Source: Phoronis australis (lineage: Eukaryota > Animalia > Phoronida). Taken from it: DNA of 64,000 nt. Location of the stretch: contig NMRA01000210.1 of NCBI GenBank assembly GCA_002633005.1, forward strand, positions 372,001-436,000, read 5' to 3'. Of the stretch, positions 1 to 11,691 are shown in pieces; positions within the stretch are counted from its first letter, which is position 1, and every line of letters starts with the position of its first letter. The notes under the pieces are model-generated. The model was given only the letters and a program-made list of their open reading frames with translations, was not told where the DNA came from and ran no database searches. A program made the translations under genes and the position numbers.

Positions 1-935
1 GCATACGTGTTCCTAATAAAAAGGCTGTGACTGTTTCTACTGACAAAAACGAGGCTGGCGTGCATTTTCTGCCGGGTCCAATAAATATGGTGTTCCCTAA
101 TGGCATTTTTGCATATTCAGCTCTATCTCCTAAATCGCTTTCAAAATCTTTTGGAAATTTGGCAAGTGCTTTCCGGATGGATGGATCCGACTACTGGTGG
201 GCCTCCTAATGGTAAATTCTATTTCTTTTTCACATTTGCCTCTGTATTTTAGGAGTTCCATGGAGGAATTTCATGGCAAGTAGCTTCGTCTTCAGAGAGG
301 CGATAACACCCTCTCATTTTTTGATGATTTTGGCATATTCTGTGCCACCTAGTGATCATTTTTACGATACTAAGGAACATCTCTAGAAGCACACCTTTTG
401 CAGTGCTGTCGGAGGCACATTTCAACGGTGCGCGTTGCTGTTGTATTATTTTCAAGTGAGTTTTTGTCGTATTCGTATGTACCCGCCAAACCCGGCGATC
501 AGAGGATCGTTATCATGGAAATTGACGAATAAGCTGCTACTGACTAGAGCACGACTGATGTTGACTTTCAGACGGGTCCAAGTATTGTGGTGCCTCCGAG
601 TGTCATTTTTTTGCGTCTACGAATGTATCTCCTATACCCTTGCAAGATCTTTTGGATATTTGACTAATGGTATTCCTATTAACTTGACGGCAGATGGACG
701 GGTTCAACCACCGGTTTGCTTCCTGATAGCAATTATTTTTTAATTTCCTTGACGAATTCTCATGAAATTTGACGAAAAAATCCATTAGAGAGGCGACTAC
801 GACTTTCAGTTATAGGTTCGATGTATTCTGCGCCATCTAATGGCCATTTTTGTGATACCTATAAACAACCCTAGAAGCATACCGTTTGCATCACAGTTGG
901 GGGGGCTCATTCTAGTGCTCCGCATTGCTCTTGCA
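1..935 (+). mobile_element. 3' portions of two adjacent HINE-like (Helentron-associated) elements
   Basis: Same ~150-bp subunits (ggatccgactac, ctagtggccattttt) as 1244-2998, with family 3' ends (…CAACG…CGTTGCT[G/C]TTG-like) near 445 and 933. Confidence 0.6.
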
Positions 936-983
936 TATTGCAGCTTAATAGGAAAGATTATTTCTTTACCACGCGTGTTTTAG

Positions 984-1087
984 GTATGGGGAGCTGCTGC
1001 CGTCCAAATATTTTACTCTCTTGGTCCCGCCTGGGGTGGGCTTATAACCATGGCAAGCTATAACAAGTTCCAAAACAACTGCTATAG
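984..1087 (+). CDS. SLC6 Na+/Cl--dependent (glycine/amino-acid) transporter-like, internal exon (TM6). Gene model join(984-1087,3842-3966,4814-4926,6501-6638,8865-8964,9941-10041,10696-10860,11404-11619); 5' exons lie upstream of the window
   Basis: tttag|GTATGG...TATAG|gtaag; 104 bp; translates [34 protein letters not shown](R), the SLC6 TM6 motif. Confidence 0.93.
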
Positions 1088-1243
1088 GTAAGTTAGACGC
1101 CCGTCTGGAGGAAACTCTTATTTGTATTCCATGCTTGCCTCTTCGTTCTCCTGAGTCCTTCCACAAATTTTGTGACGAGCTACATGCTGGCTTCGTTCAT
1201 ATTATAGATGCCCATGCAATTTGTGTAACTAGGGTATCCCCAC

Positions 1244-2998
1244 TTTTTATGCGTCCACATATTTATATGTGGACGCATTATGCCGTCATCTCCGTCCGTC
1301 CGTCCGTCCGTCCGGGCGGCGTCCGTCCGGCGTCCGGAGTCCGCTGCTCTATCTCCAAAACCCTTTGGCATACGTTCATGAAATTTGGCACATATGTTCC
1401 ATTTATAAATGGGACGGCATGAGCGAACTTTCGGACGGATCCGACTACCGGTGTGCCCCCTAGTGACAATTTTAGTTTTTTACGCATACATTTGTATCCT
1501 TCAAAAGTCCTGAACGGATTTTCATGAAATTTGGTATGTAGGCACCTATTAGTGAGATGACGCTATCATTCCGTTTTCGGATGGATTCGACGTAGTTTGC
1601 CACCTAGCGGCCATTTTTACTGTTTTCGAGTCTGTTTTTTTGCGTCCACACCTCTATCAACCAAACCGCTTAAAGGATGTTTGTGAAAATTGACATGTAT
1701 GTGCTTACTATGAAGAGGACGGTTGACGATGATTTTCCGACGATTTCGACTACCGTGGCACTTCCTAGTGGCAGTTTTGTTTTTTTTGCACTTATGGCTG
1801 TATCTCCTAAACCGTTTGCAGGATCTTTACGAAATTTAGTAAGTATATTTATATGATGTTAACAACGGACGACGACGACTTTTGGACGGATCCGACCACC
1901 GGTGTTCCCCCTAGTAGCAATTTTATTTTTTTTCGTTTGCCTTTGTATCTTCAAAAGTCCTTAACGGATTTTCATGAAATTTAATATGTAGGCACCTATT
2001 AGTGAGATGACGCTGTCCTCCCGTTTTCGAATAGATTCGACGTAGTTTTCGCCACCTAGTGGCCATTTTTTCTGTTTTTGAGTCAATTGTTTTGCGTCCA
2101 CGCCTCTATCAACCAAACCGCTCAAAGGATGATTGTGAAAATTGGCATGTATGTGCTTACTATAAAGAGGACGGTTCACGATGATTTCCCACAATTTCGA
2201 CTACTGTGGCGTCTCCTAGTCGTAGTTTTGTTTTTGTTGCGCCTATGGCTGTGTCTCCTAAACCGTTCGCAGGATCTTTACTCAATTTAGCAAGTGTATT
2301 TATGTGATGTTGACTACGGATGACGACGACTTTCGGACAGATCTGACTACTGCTGTGCCCCCTAGTGGCAATTTTAGTTTTTTACGTTGAACTCAGTATC
2401 TTCAAAGGTCCTCAACAGATTTTCAGAAAACTTTAAATATAGGCATCTGTTGGTGTGATGACGCTATCTTCCTGTTTTTGGGGTGGAATCGAGGTATTTT
2501 GCACCACCTAGTGGCCATTTTTGCTGTTTTCAAATCTTTTTTTGGCGTCCACCCCTGTATCAACCAAATCATTTGAAAATTGGCATATATGTTCTCAGTG
2601 TGAAGACGAACTTTGATGATGGTGACTGACTACTGTGGCGCCTGCTAGTGGTAGTTTTGTTTTGCGCCCATAGTTGTATCTCCTAAACCCACAGCAGGAT
2701 CTTTACTAAATTTAGTAAGTGTATTTATATGAAGATAACAACAGACGACGACGACTTTAGGGCGGATCCAAGGGACACTGTGCACACTAGTGGCAATTTC
2801 ATTTTATTCTGTTTTCCTTTGTTTCTCTGAAGTTCCTTGACAGATTTTTATGAAATATGGCATGTTCCTGTTTTTAGATGGATTGTATGTTTTTGCGCCA
2901 TCTAGTGGCCATTTTTATGATACAAATAAATAACCCTAAAAGCACGCCATTTGCAATGCATTCGTGGGCGCATTTCAACGCTCCGCGTTGCTCTTGTT
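1244..2998 (+). mobile_element. Complete HINE/DINE-1-like non-autonomous Helentron-type element
   Basis: T-run; 14-bp hairpin ATGCGTCCACATAT-TT-ATATGTGGACGCAT (1249-1278); (TCCG)n microsatellite ~1291-1315; central tandem repeats; 3' subTIR GTGGGCGCAT (2964-2973); hairpin CAACGC-TCC-GCGTTG (2976-2990); TT end. Confidence 0.75.
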
Positions 2999-3841
2999 GG
3001 TTATTATGGGATGCGTGAAACTCTATGCTAAGTTAAGCTGCACCTATTTGCTAATGAAAACGCATACAAAAATTTAAAAAGTAACACTTCGTATCACTGC
3101 AAAGAAGGAGGTCGATCCTTTTCCTTAGTTATAGGAATACTGTGATAAGATATACAATTCAATCTCAAGTAATACTTTCTGGGTAAATTTATAATTGGGT
3201 ATGGACCGATATAGCCTTCGTTCCTTAGACCCAAGACACTTGCTAGAAAAGTTAGTGTGACCTCGTGCTTCGTTTGCAATGCATGAGAGATCTTGAGAAG
3301 ACTTGCATGTCCTTGTCACGGTTTTCTTCAGATTCTTTTGTCTACGGAACGCAGCCCCGGATGTCGTGTTGGACGTCACGATGACGTTTTTTCCCAATGT
3401 TAGTAGTACCGTGAATAGAGGAAAACAATCGGTTAGATGTCGCAAGGATTTTTTGGAAACTCTTAAATCACCAACCTTTTGTTAAAAGCTAACAAGATTT
3501 GGAGCTCACTGGTCGCTATTAAACTTGTCGCAATTGGTTTTTACGCGGATTTTAAGTAATTTCGTGTCATGAGAAGAATTGACACTTGCTTGAGGCCACT
3601 CTCTGCGCATAAGATGGCCTACCAGGTGTCCCAAGCCCAGGAGTCACATAGAATAGCACCCGTAACCTTCGTGTAAATAATTGTTTAGAGCATCTCTGAA
3701 TTAGCAACAAGCTGAGACCTGTATGGTTAGTGGCCAAGGTCAAATGTGACCTGTTTTGACAGATTGTAAGTTTGTCCTGGCTTTAACGTACAGTGCTTCG
3801 TAATGTCTTTTAGTGAAGTTGGTCCGCGTCTGGTATTACAG

Positions 3842-3966
3842 GGATGCAATTATTGTAGCGGTAATTAACTGCGGCACGAGCGTCTTCGCCGGCTTCGTCA
3901 TCTTCAGCATGATAGGCTTTATGCATAGTTATACGGGACTTCCCATAGAGAACGTGACGTCATCAG
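3842..3966 (+). CDS. SLC6 transporter exon (TM7)
   Basis: ttacag|G GAT...TCAG|gtaag; 125 bp; (R)[27 protein letters not shown]...VTSS; phase compatible with neighbouring exons. Confidence 0.93.
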
Positions 3967-4813
3967 GTAAGGCCACCAACAGCACTGCACACCACTTCAC
4001 TCTATAGAAATGCCAGAGGGGTTAAGTTCAGTACAGCGTCACTGGAAACATATCTAGAGAGCAAGTTGGGATTTTTTATAGAGTCTGAGGTCAACTAGAT
4101 TTACTAGTCTAACCAGATAAGACTACACGTGTTTGTGCATTTCATTGAATGCTGCTGCGCCTGTATAGTTGGTGCATGATTTTGCTAACTTAGCTTTAAA
4201 AGTATTAGAAAAACATCGAACTGACTCGTGTGCTTACAAAAAATATACCAAGGGCACAAGTTTGTAACAGTTTAGTATTTTTGCGGGCCTTCATTTGCTG
4301 AGTTCAAACATCCAATAACGCTTAAAGCGACTATAAGTCTGCCTTCCATCACAAAAAGCAACTTTTGATTTACACATTTTAGCAGTGAAATTGGTCTCAA
4401 TTTTTTTCTTATTAAATTTGGACATGATGTCATGGCTTCGAAAGAACTGACAGTTCGTTATTGCTTGAGACCAGACGCTAGAATTTGGCTTGTCACGGCG
4501 TGTTAATTTATGCGCCGAGTATGTTCCCAAGGAATAACGAACTGCCTGCCTTGTTGTTTGCAAATTCGAACACCATTTCTCATTTATGTAAGGATCTCGT
4601 TGACATCAATTTTATAGCGGTAGGTGGTCTAAATCAACAGTTCGCTTCTTGGATGGAACACGCGAATTTACAGTCGCTTAAAGCATGTGTCTGTCGTCTC
4701 TTCTCGATGGTGGAAGATTGGAGAAAATGCACGACGGAAGGTAAATGAAGGTCATAAAATTGTTTTTGATGGTTGACACGGACTCTTTCACTCACTCATC
4801 TATCTACCACTAG

Positions 4814-4926
4814 GTCCAGGCCTAGCCTTCATCGCCTACCCTGAGGGTCTAGCTACCATGGACGTGGCCCCGCTCTGGTCAATACTATTCTTCTTCATGC
4901 TTTTCACGCTAGGACTGGACAGCCAG
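4814..4926 (+). CDS. SLC6 transporter exon (EL4-TM8)
   Basis: ctag|GT CCA GGC...AGCCAG|gtatgg; 113 bp; [38 protein letters not shown]. Confidence 0.93.
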
Positions 4927-5750
4927 GTATGGTCACTCGCTTGGGAGTGGACAGCCAGGTATGGTCACTCGCTTGGTAGTGGACAGCCAGGTATGGTCAC
5001 TCGCTTTGGACTTGAAAGCCAGGTATGGTCACTCGCTTGGGAGTGGACAGCCAGGTATGGTCACTCGCTTTGGACTGGACAGCCAGGTATGGTCACTTGC
5101 TTGGGAGTGGACGGCCAGGTATGGTCACTCGCTTAGGACTGGACAGCCAGGTATGGTCACTCGCTTAGGAGTGGACAGCCAGGTATTGTCACTAGCTTAG
5201 GAGTGGACACCCAGGTGTTGTAACTCGCTTAGGACTGGACACGCAGGTATAGTCACTCGTTTAGGACTGGACATCAAGGTATTGTCACTCACTTAGGAGT
5301 GGACAGCCAAGTATTGTCACTCGCTTAGGACTGGACAGCCAGGTATGGTCACTCGCTTGGGAGTGGACAGCCTGGTATGGTCACTCGCTTGGGAGTGGAC
5401 AGCCAGGTATGGTCACTCGCTTAGGACTGGACAGCCAGGTATGGTCACTCGTTTAGGACTTGAAAGCCAGGTATCGATGGTCACTTGCTTGGGAGTGGAC
5501 AGCCAGGTATGGTCACTCACTTAGGACTGGACAGCCAGATATGGTCACTCGCTTAGGAGTGGACAGCCAGGTATTGTCACTCGCGTAGGACTGGACAGCC
5601 AGGTATTGTCACTGGCTTAGGAGTGGACAGACAGGTATTGTCACTGGCTTAGGAGTGGACAGCCAAGTATTGTCACTCGCTTAGGACTGGGCAGCCAGGT
5701 ATTGTCACTCGCTCAGGACTGGGGAGGTATTGTAACTCGCTCAGGAGTTG
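4911..5750 (+). repeat. 32-bp minisatellite (~26 copies) spanning the SLC6 exon/intron junction
   Basis: Unit AGGA[C/G]TGGACAGCCAG|GTATGGTCACTCGCTT; donors after 4926, 4958, 4990, 5022, etc. Confidence 0.95.
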
Positions 5751-6500
5751 ATCCATGTGCAGGGATTTTTAGGAACGCGCTTCGCGTCATTGGCGCATGA
5801 AAATTGCCATTAACGTATTATGGTTGCTTAGGCCTGGTTGGTACATTCTAACACCTAATCGGTGTGCTCCGACAACAGTTGCGCTCATTGTGTGTTTCCG
5901 GGGAGTTTAGAAGGATTAAAATTGACCTGGTCCATAGCCAGGTGATAATTGTCGAAGTACTTAGTGATTTACAGTGTTACGTAAATCTGGCCTGGTTGTT
6001 ATTAGCCTTTTTAATTTTGGCATTTTAATATTATTTTACTGGGTCCAAAACATCAAAATGACCTCATACTAAACAAGTGAGGAGACGTATTTTTCTAGAC
6101 GATTCTTGCATATGACAAGCTAATACGCTCCAGCGGGGACAACGCATGAATCAATGGAGTTTTGACAACATGACATGTACATGTACGTGTAGAAAGGAAT
6201 TTCCCTTATTGTAGCGAAATACGTCATCAAGAGGCGATTATATTAACAACTACTTCGCGCAAGTTTGCAAAAACTTTGTTTATAAATATTTTTTAAATTC
6301 TTGCTACATCATCTAATATTCTGACGCTTTGACTCAATAGATCTGCACGCATCAATGATTGAGAAATTCTCAATACTGACCTACTGACATGTATCCCGAC
6401 TTCAATATTGTACTTTTTGAGCTCGCCATTACATTACCGGTGTAGTCGTAAGCCACTGATCCCGGCGGCACCCATATTACCACGTATTTTTCTTGCATAG

Positions 6501-6638
6501 TTTGTCGCGTGTGAGACTGTTCTAAGTGCTCTGGAAGACGAGTTTCCGAAACTGTTCCGAGGAGGAAAGAAGAAAGTGATCTTATTGGCTGTCTTCTGCA
6601 TGCTAATGTTCCTGCTAGGCCTACCATTGTGTTGTCCG
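6501..6638 (+). CDS. SLC6 transporter exon (TM8 end-TM9)
   Basis: gcatag|TTT...CCG|gtaag; 138 bp; FVACETVLSALEDEFPKLFRGGKKKVILLAVFCMLMFLLGLPLCCP. Confidence 0.9.
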
Positions 6639-7050
6639 GTAAGGGGAAAGTTATTTTTAAAAAAGGCAATAAATTCTCGCTTGCTGTTATTTAGTCAGTC
6701 AGATCTTGTGTCTTACTGATTAGAAAGGATTTCTGAGCTCGAGAAAAACTGACAGGTCGTTGTGGCTTCAGACCACGCCCATTAAAGGCGAAGGCAACCT
6801 TTTTCCATGTCATTTTGAGCTAAAATAAGGTTGGTTGGTTATCCTAGACATATTTTCCACTTAATTACAGCTTTTCGTAATTTTATAGATTACTCGTCCG
6901 CTACTCCGGAAGTGACGTTTTAGGAGGCAAGCATTTCGCGCCAATTTCTTTTCATATAGTCTGACTGTGAGAGCTGCCTAGTCAGTCATTGTTCTACCTC
7001 GGTTGTGTTAAGTTCCGTCGTCATTTGCTTTCATTTACTAGTCAGGCAAC

Positions 7051-7665
7051 ATGCCACACTGTTGCTGCGTACCAGGATGTACTAATTATCGGCTCACACG
7101 CGCTTTGGGAGTACCTTTGCATCGCTTTCTGATGGATGACACACTTCGCCGTACTTGGCTCGTTCGTGTGAAGAACGAAGCGTTACCCGTCCATGCAACG
7201 TACAAAGTATTGGAGAATTACCGTGTGTGTGTGCCCAGTACAATGACTGGAGCCAGTGGAGGCACTTCATCTACTGTCACCCGTGCCTCCGAACGTACCC
7301 CAGAGCGTGCAATTCCTGGAACCAGTAGTGATTCGCCCTGTGCTGTTTTCTCCAGCCCAGAGCCTCTAAGCAGCCTTGCAGCGATATTGAGTAGTGGGAG
7401 TGATTACAGGCTCGGTTCGACACCCAGTGAAGAGGACACTTCGTCGTCCAGTGAACAGATCGCTGAGCCAAACTTTGATAAGTTTATTGTGGACTTGTCT
7501 AAAGTGTTGGAGCTATTTAGAAGGTGCCAGATGCGTGGCGAAGGAGTCACACGACACGATGTAAGCAGTTTGGGTGCTCAGGTCACCATCCAGTGGGAGT
7601 GTGTCGCGGGACACTCTGGCAAGTGGGACAGTTGTTCCTCTGTCCGTGGTATGTCGGAGATCCAC
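7051..7665 (+). pseudogene. Truncated THAP-domain Kolobok transposase fragment
   Basis: CCVPGC...HRF...LRRTW...RVC THAP signature, then KFIV...C..C...C..GH...W.S motif; no catalytic core. Confidence 0.7.
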
Positions 7666-7959
7666 TTAACCATGTCCAGTTGTGGCTTGGCCTCGTCGAA
7701 CTCTGAACAGCACAAGCATTCCATTGAGGTAGGCATAACAACGCACACAGTGCATTTGCACCAAGATGTGTCACCACGTCTGTCCTCAGTAGCCGCCTCG
7801 TTTCTCTCAACAGCTGCCTGTGCCTGTGCGTACTCTGCCTCGTTATACTCGGGCTCAAACATGTACCCACCCACTGAACGTCCGTGAAAAAATTCCTCGT
7901 CACCACTGCTGTGAACAAGGTCTCCGTCACTCACACTACGGGTCACCGAGTCCAGCCAT
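7666..7959 (-). pseudogene. KolX / P2X7 ballast-like (nanor-like) Cys-rich protein, N-terminal fragment
   Basis: GYMFEPEY...RRGDTSWCKCTVCVVMPTSMECLCCSE; the upstream ATG is out of frame by one base. Confidence 0.7.
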
Positions 7960-8864
7960 TTTCAGCTTACAACACACTAAACAATCCCTAAATCCAACGT
8001 AGTTGAGTTCTCTACTAACCTATCTTGCCGCCAGAATACTCGCCGATGGAAAGTGGTGGCGACAATTGTTGAAAAACAACACAAAACAAAAGTATAATAG
8101 AACAGATTCGAACGGTAAAGTCAACGCAAAACCAAGTGGCGGGAAACGCTTGCCTCCTAAAACGTCACTTCCGGAGTAGCGGACGAGTAATCTATAAAAT
8201 TACGAAAAGCTGTAATTAAGTGGAAAATATGTCTAGGATAACCAACCAACCTTATTTTAGCTCAAAATGACATGGAAAAAGGTTGCCTTCGCCTTTAAGC
8301 CACTTGTCACTACGATTTAGTTTTAGTTGCTGATGAATGATGGCGTTGTATTAGAAGAGCAAATGTGCCTCTAACGAAAGTTGTTTTTAGCGATTTAAAT
8401 GTTTCGACATCAAGGCTAAAAGACATATAGAATTCTTAAACTAAAGTGAAAAGTATCGTATTTTCGATGAAACTTCTTTCACTTTTTCATTTTAGTCTAC
8501 AGTATTCCCCCGATTTTGGTTATGCATCAGAGATGTTGTTGTTCTATTAGGTTTCTTTTAATTACAACACATTCAATCGCCTCGTTGGCTTCCAGCCTCC
8601 CGTTCAGTAACGCTAGAACCTCGCTAAAAAGCAAGTCTTCGCGAAATCACGTGAGACATTGCCGTGTATTTTAAATGAGTACACGTGACTTTGACTAGAT
8701 TTTAGCTAGGTCCTAGCGTAGATCCTAGCGTTTCTGTATGCACGCCCGGTTTTTGTTAGAAGGAAAGTAAAAGGAGTCTTATGGTAATCCTAAGCGACAA
8801 GATTCTGCTAGATTAACGGCAAATCGATTTTAGAAACTAAGATTACACAAATGTTGGTTTTCAG

Positions 8865-8964
8865 GGAGGAATGTACCTTTTGACACTCATGGACACCTTC
8901 TCAGCTGGAATATCTCTTATGTTCATAGCCATGTTTGAAGGATTGGTTCTCATGTATATATATG
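8865..8964 (+). CDS. SLC6 transporter exon (TM10)
   Basis: ttttcag|GGA GGA ATG...TATG|gtaag; 100 bp; GGMYLLTLMDTFSAGISLMFIAMFEGLVLMYIY. Confidence 0.92.
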
Positions 8965-9079
8965 GTAAGAAAACTTGAGCACATCGAAATAAATAAGTTT
9001 GATGAAAAAAGTCACGTGCTTTCCTTGCATTCAAACTTTTTCATGACTACCGTAATGGAACATTCAGCCGTGGATCCAC

Positions 9080-9870
9080 TTTTTATGCGCCCACAGTGGG
9101 TGCATGTTGCCTTCCTCTCTGTCTGGTTGTCTGGGTGCGCGTCCGCGTCGTCCGGCGTACGCTGCTGTATCTCTTGCCAGAACTTAATGAGATGATATGG
9201 CAGATGTGTTCCTACGAAGTTTACCACACTGAAAACGAATTTCGGACCAATTCGACTACTGCTGTACCGCGTAACGGAAATTTTAGTTTATTTGAGTTTG
9301 CCCCTTTATCTTCGACGTTCCTTGATGGATTTTTGTGAATTTTGGTAAATAGGTTTCTATTAAGGCTACGACAATATCTTTTTTAATTGCAGATTTCTCG
9401 TATTCTGCGCCATCTAGTGGACATTTTAAAAAATTTTAATTCCGCGACTCTATTCGCCAAACCACTCAAAGGATCCTTGTGAAAATTGGCAGATGTGTTT
9501 CTGATGAAAAGCCCGCGACTGACCTTGATTTCGAAAGGATTCTACTTCTTTGGCGACCCCTAGTGGCGATTTTTGTTCTTTTTTGCGTCTACTGCTCAAC
9601 CTCCTTGCAAGATCTTTTGGAAGTTTGGCAAGTGTATTCCTATTAACTTGACAACAGATCGGAGTACCGTTTCCTAATGGCAATTTTCACGTTCGCAATC
9701 ATGTTTGGAATTCTTTGACGGATTTTCATGAAATTTAGAAAATTTCGTCATGTCCTATGTATTCTGCGCCATCTAATGGCCATTTTACGATAATTATAAA
9801 TAGCTCTAGAAGCCTTCCATTTGCAATACAGCTTTAAGCACATTCCATCTAGTTCAGGGTTGCTCTTGTA
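9080..9870 (+). mobile_element. Diverged HINE-like element (same family as 1244-2998)
   Basis: tttttATGCGCCCACaGTGGGTGCAT start, degenerate GTCY tract, ctagtgg subunits, ...gttgctcttgt end. Confidence 0.65.
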
Positions 9871-9940
9871 TAGTTTTGTACAGTAAACCCCGAGTCATAT
9901 AGTCTTATTTTCTCTGTAACTGTACTCATCTCTGTCGCAG

Positions 9941-10041
9941 GTTTCCGCCGATTCTCCGGGGACATTAAAATGATGCTGGGTTTCAAGCCCAACTACTACT
10001 GGCTAGCCTGTTGGATGGTCATAACTCCAGCACTTATAATG
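9941..10041 (+). CDS. SLC6 transporter exon (IL5-TM11)
   Basis: gtcgcag|GT TTC...ATG|gtagg; 101 bp; GFRRFSGDIKMMLGFKPNYYWLACWMVITPALIM. Confidence 0.92.
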
Positions 10042-10695
10042 GTAGGACACTCAAGTGTATTAATATCAAGTCATTTTTAGTTGCAATAAAATGGAAATGC
10101 GACCAAAATGAGAAGGCCACCGGTTACACTCGCTTTCCACAGACGCGACGAATTCTCACGAATTATAAGTTTCACCTATCCCTAACTCTGTTGTACTTGT
10201 ATCATAGATGCTTCGTGGAGTGTCACAAATTCCACAATAAAATTTTCTGAATTATACCAATCTTTGTGAATTTGAAAATTGTCTGCTCTTGATAATTCGT
10301 AACGTGAGATTCGTAGTGGAAACAGAGCATTATACGACGCCAGTTCTGATTTAAATGGGTTTTCTTGAGATTCGCGGCTGCTACTGCTTCTAAGTATCTC
10401 ACAAATTTGTGGCGTGGCGAATCAGATGTGCTTAGTTATACGCAGTTATTTTTATTCTCTGTAGGGGTACGTTTGGCAGGATTGAACCTCTCCATGGACC
10501 ACATCAGCAGGTATCGCAAGTAAACCCCGGCATGCATAATGCTGTAAAAACCGTTGTCGCTGCCTTTTCGAAAGTTTCTGGAAACCGTTCTTACAGCATT
10601 ATATGCATCAGAGCTAATGTCATACGACTGATCGTACGATTGGTGTTGATGTCCATGGTCAAAACATGTTTCGTCATACTGGGTTTATGTTTCAG

Positions 10696-10860
10696 TTTAT
10701 CATCATATTTAGTGCCGTGAAGTATGAGCCGACCAAGTACAATAACTACACCTTCCCGCCGTGGGGTGACGGAATGGGCTGGATGATGGTCCTTGCCTCG
10801 CTTATGGCTATACCAACATTGGCTATAGTGACATTCTGGCAGTATTCAAGGCAACTGGGC
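10696..10860 (+). CDS. SLC6 transporter exon (TM11 end-TM12)
   Basis: tttcag|TTT...GGC|gtgagt; 165 bp; FIIIFSAVKYEPTKYNNYTFPPWGDGMGWMMVLASLMAIPTLAIVTFWQYSRQLG. Confidence 0.92.
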
Positions 10861-11403
10861 GTGAGTGATTACAAATTAGATTGTTTGTTGAAAAAGGAAT
10901 ATATAGTATCAGAATACGTTGTTTTTGTGTTGCGTAAATGAAAGAATGCCACAAAAGAAGAGACTGTGCTCAAGTGCTTTGCTTTTACTACATGGCGATA
11001 TCTCACTAAGTCTTGCGTAATCTCGCGTCTAAAGAAGGCACTCCTGGCTGTGTCGCTAATAGTAATTTCCACTGAGTACTTCAGGCTGGCTGGTTCCGTG
11101 CTTAAATCACTAGATGTCGTGACATCTACATGTTTACATTACGTAGTGATAGTACGTGGAAGAGTGTCACGTACAAAACGGGAGTTCATTTTTGATTTGC
11201 GCTCTACGCCATTGTCGTGTTAACATCTCTGGTGGTTCATTGTGGTGATCAAGTTTTTGATTTGTAAGTTTGCATTCGAATTAAATTTATTTTAAGAAAT
11301 TGTGCTGGCATTTGCCACTGTCTTTCTGTTTTGTTCGCAATTCTCAATCGTGTGATTGAGTCGGTAGATTCACCGATTCACGTAGAGACTAATCTCGTTT
11401 TAG

Positions 11404-11619
11404 GGCATTGGAAATTTTCGAGAAGTTCTGCGCCGCGCCATCGCACCCACCGATGACTGGGGCCCTGCTCTCAAGAACAGGCACCTCACCGTTCAAGAGA
11501 TCGACAAACAAGAAGCAGACAAAGCGAAACAAAATGCAGCTTTTGATAACGATACGGCTTATTTATCCCAGTCACGCAGTTCGTTTGGCTCGTCTATTAT
11601 GTATGAAAGTTACATTTGA
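11404..11619 (+). CDS. SLC6 transporter terminal coding exon
   Basis: tttag|GGC ATT...; GIGNFREVLRRAIAPTDDWGPALKNR...IMYESYI* (TGA 11617-11619); the P-x-x-x-WGP motif is typical of GlyT/PROT C-termini. Confidence 0.85.
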   Translation, partial: GIGNFREVLRRAIAPTDDWGPALKNRHLTVQEIDKQEADKAKQNAAFDNDTAYLSQSRSSFGSSIMYESYI

Positions 11620-11691
11620 TTTATTATTTTACTAACTGGAATAGCGTCCAGAATTCGTTAACTTACTGTATCCAGACATGGTGTGACTCTT

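Larger units (their letters stand above)
6786..8294 (+). mobile_element. Kolobok DNA transposon, internally deleted (THAP-transposase 5' part + convergent KolX 5' part)
   Basis: TTAA on both flanks (6782-6785, 8295-8298); AGG...CCT ends; 147-bp TIRs that look identical (6786-6932 / 8148-8294); THAP start MPHCCCVPGC at 7051 (+); Cys-rich ORF on - strand. Confidence 0.85.

Noticed and set aside
4911-5750. CRISPR-like 32-bp periodicity and ORFs 4858-5136 / 4961-5200
   Set aside because: The repeats are contiguous with no unique spacers, there are no cas genes and the context is eukaryotic; the ORFs are exon read-through into the minisatellite
7051-7887. 278-aa ORF as an intact host THAP gene
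   Set aside because: It lies between transposon TIRs, the THAP domain is truncated, and the C-terminal third is antisense KolX sequence joined by a deletion
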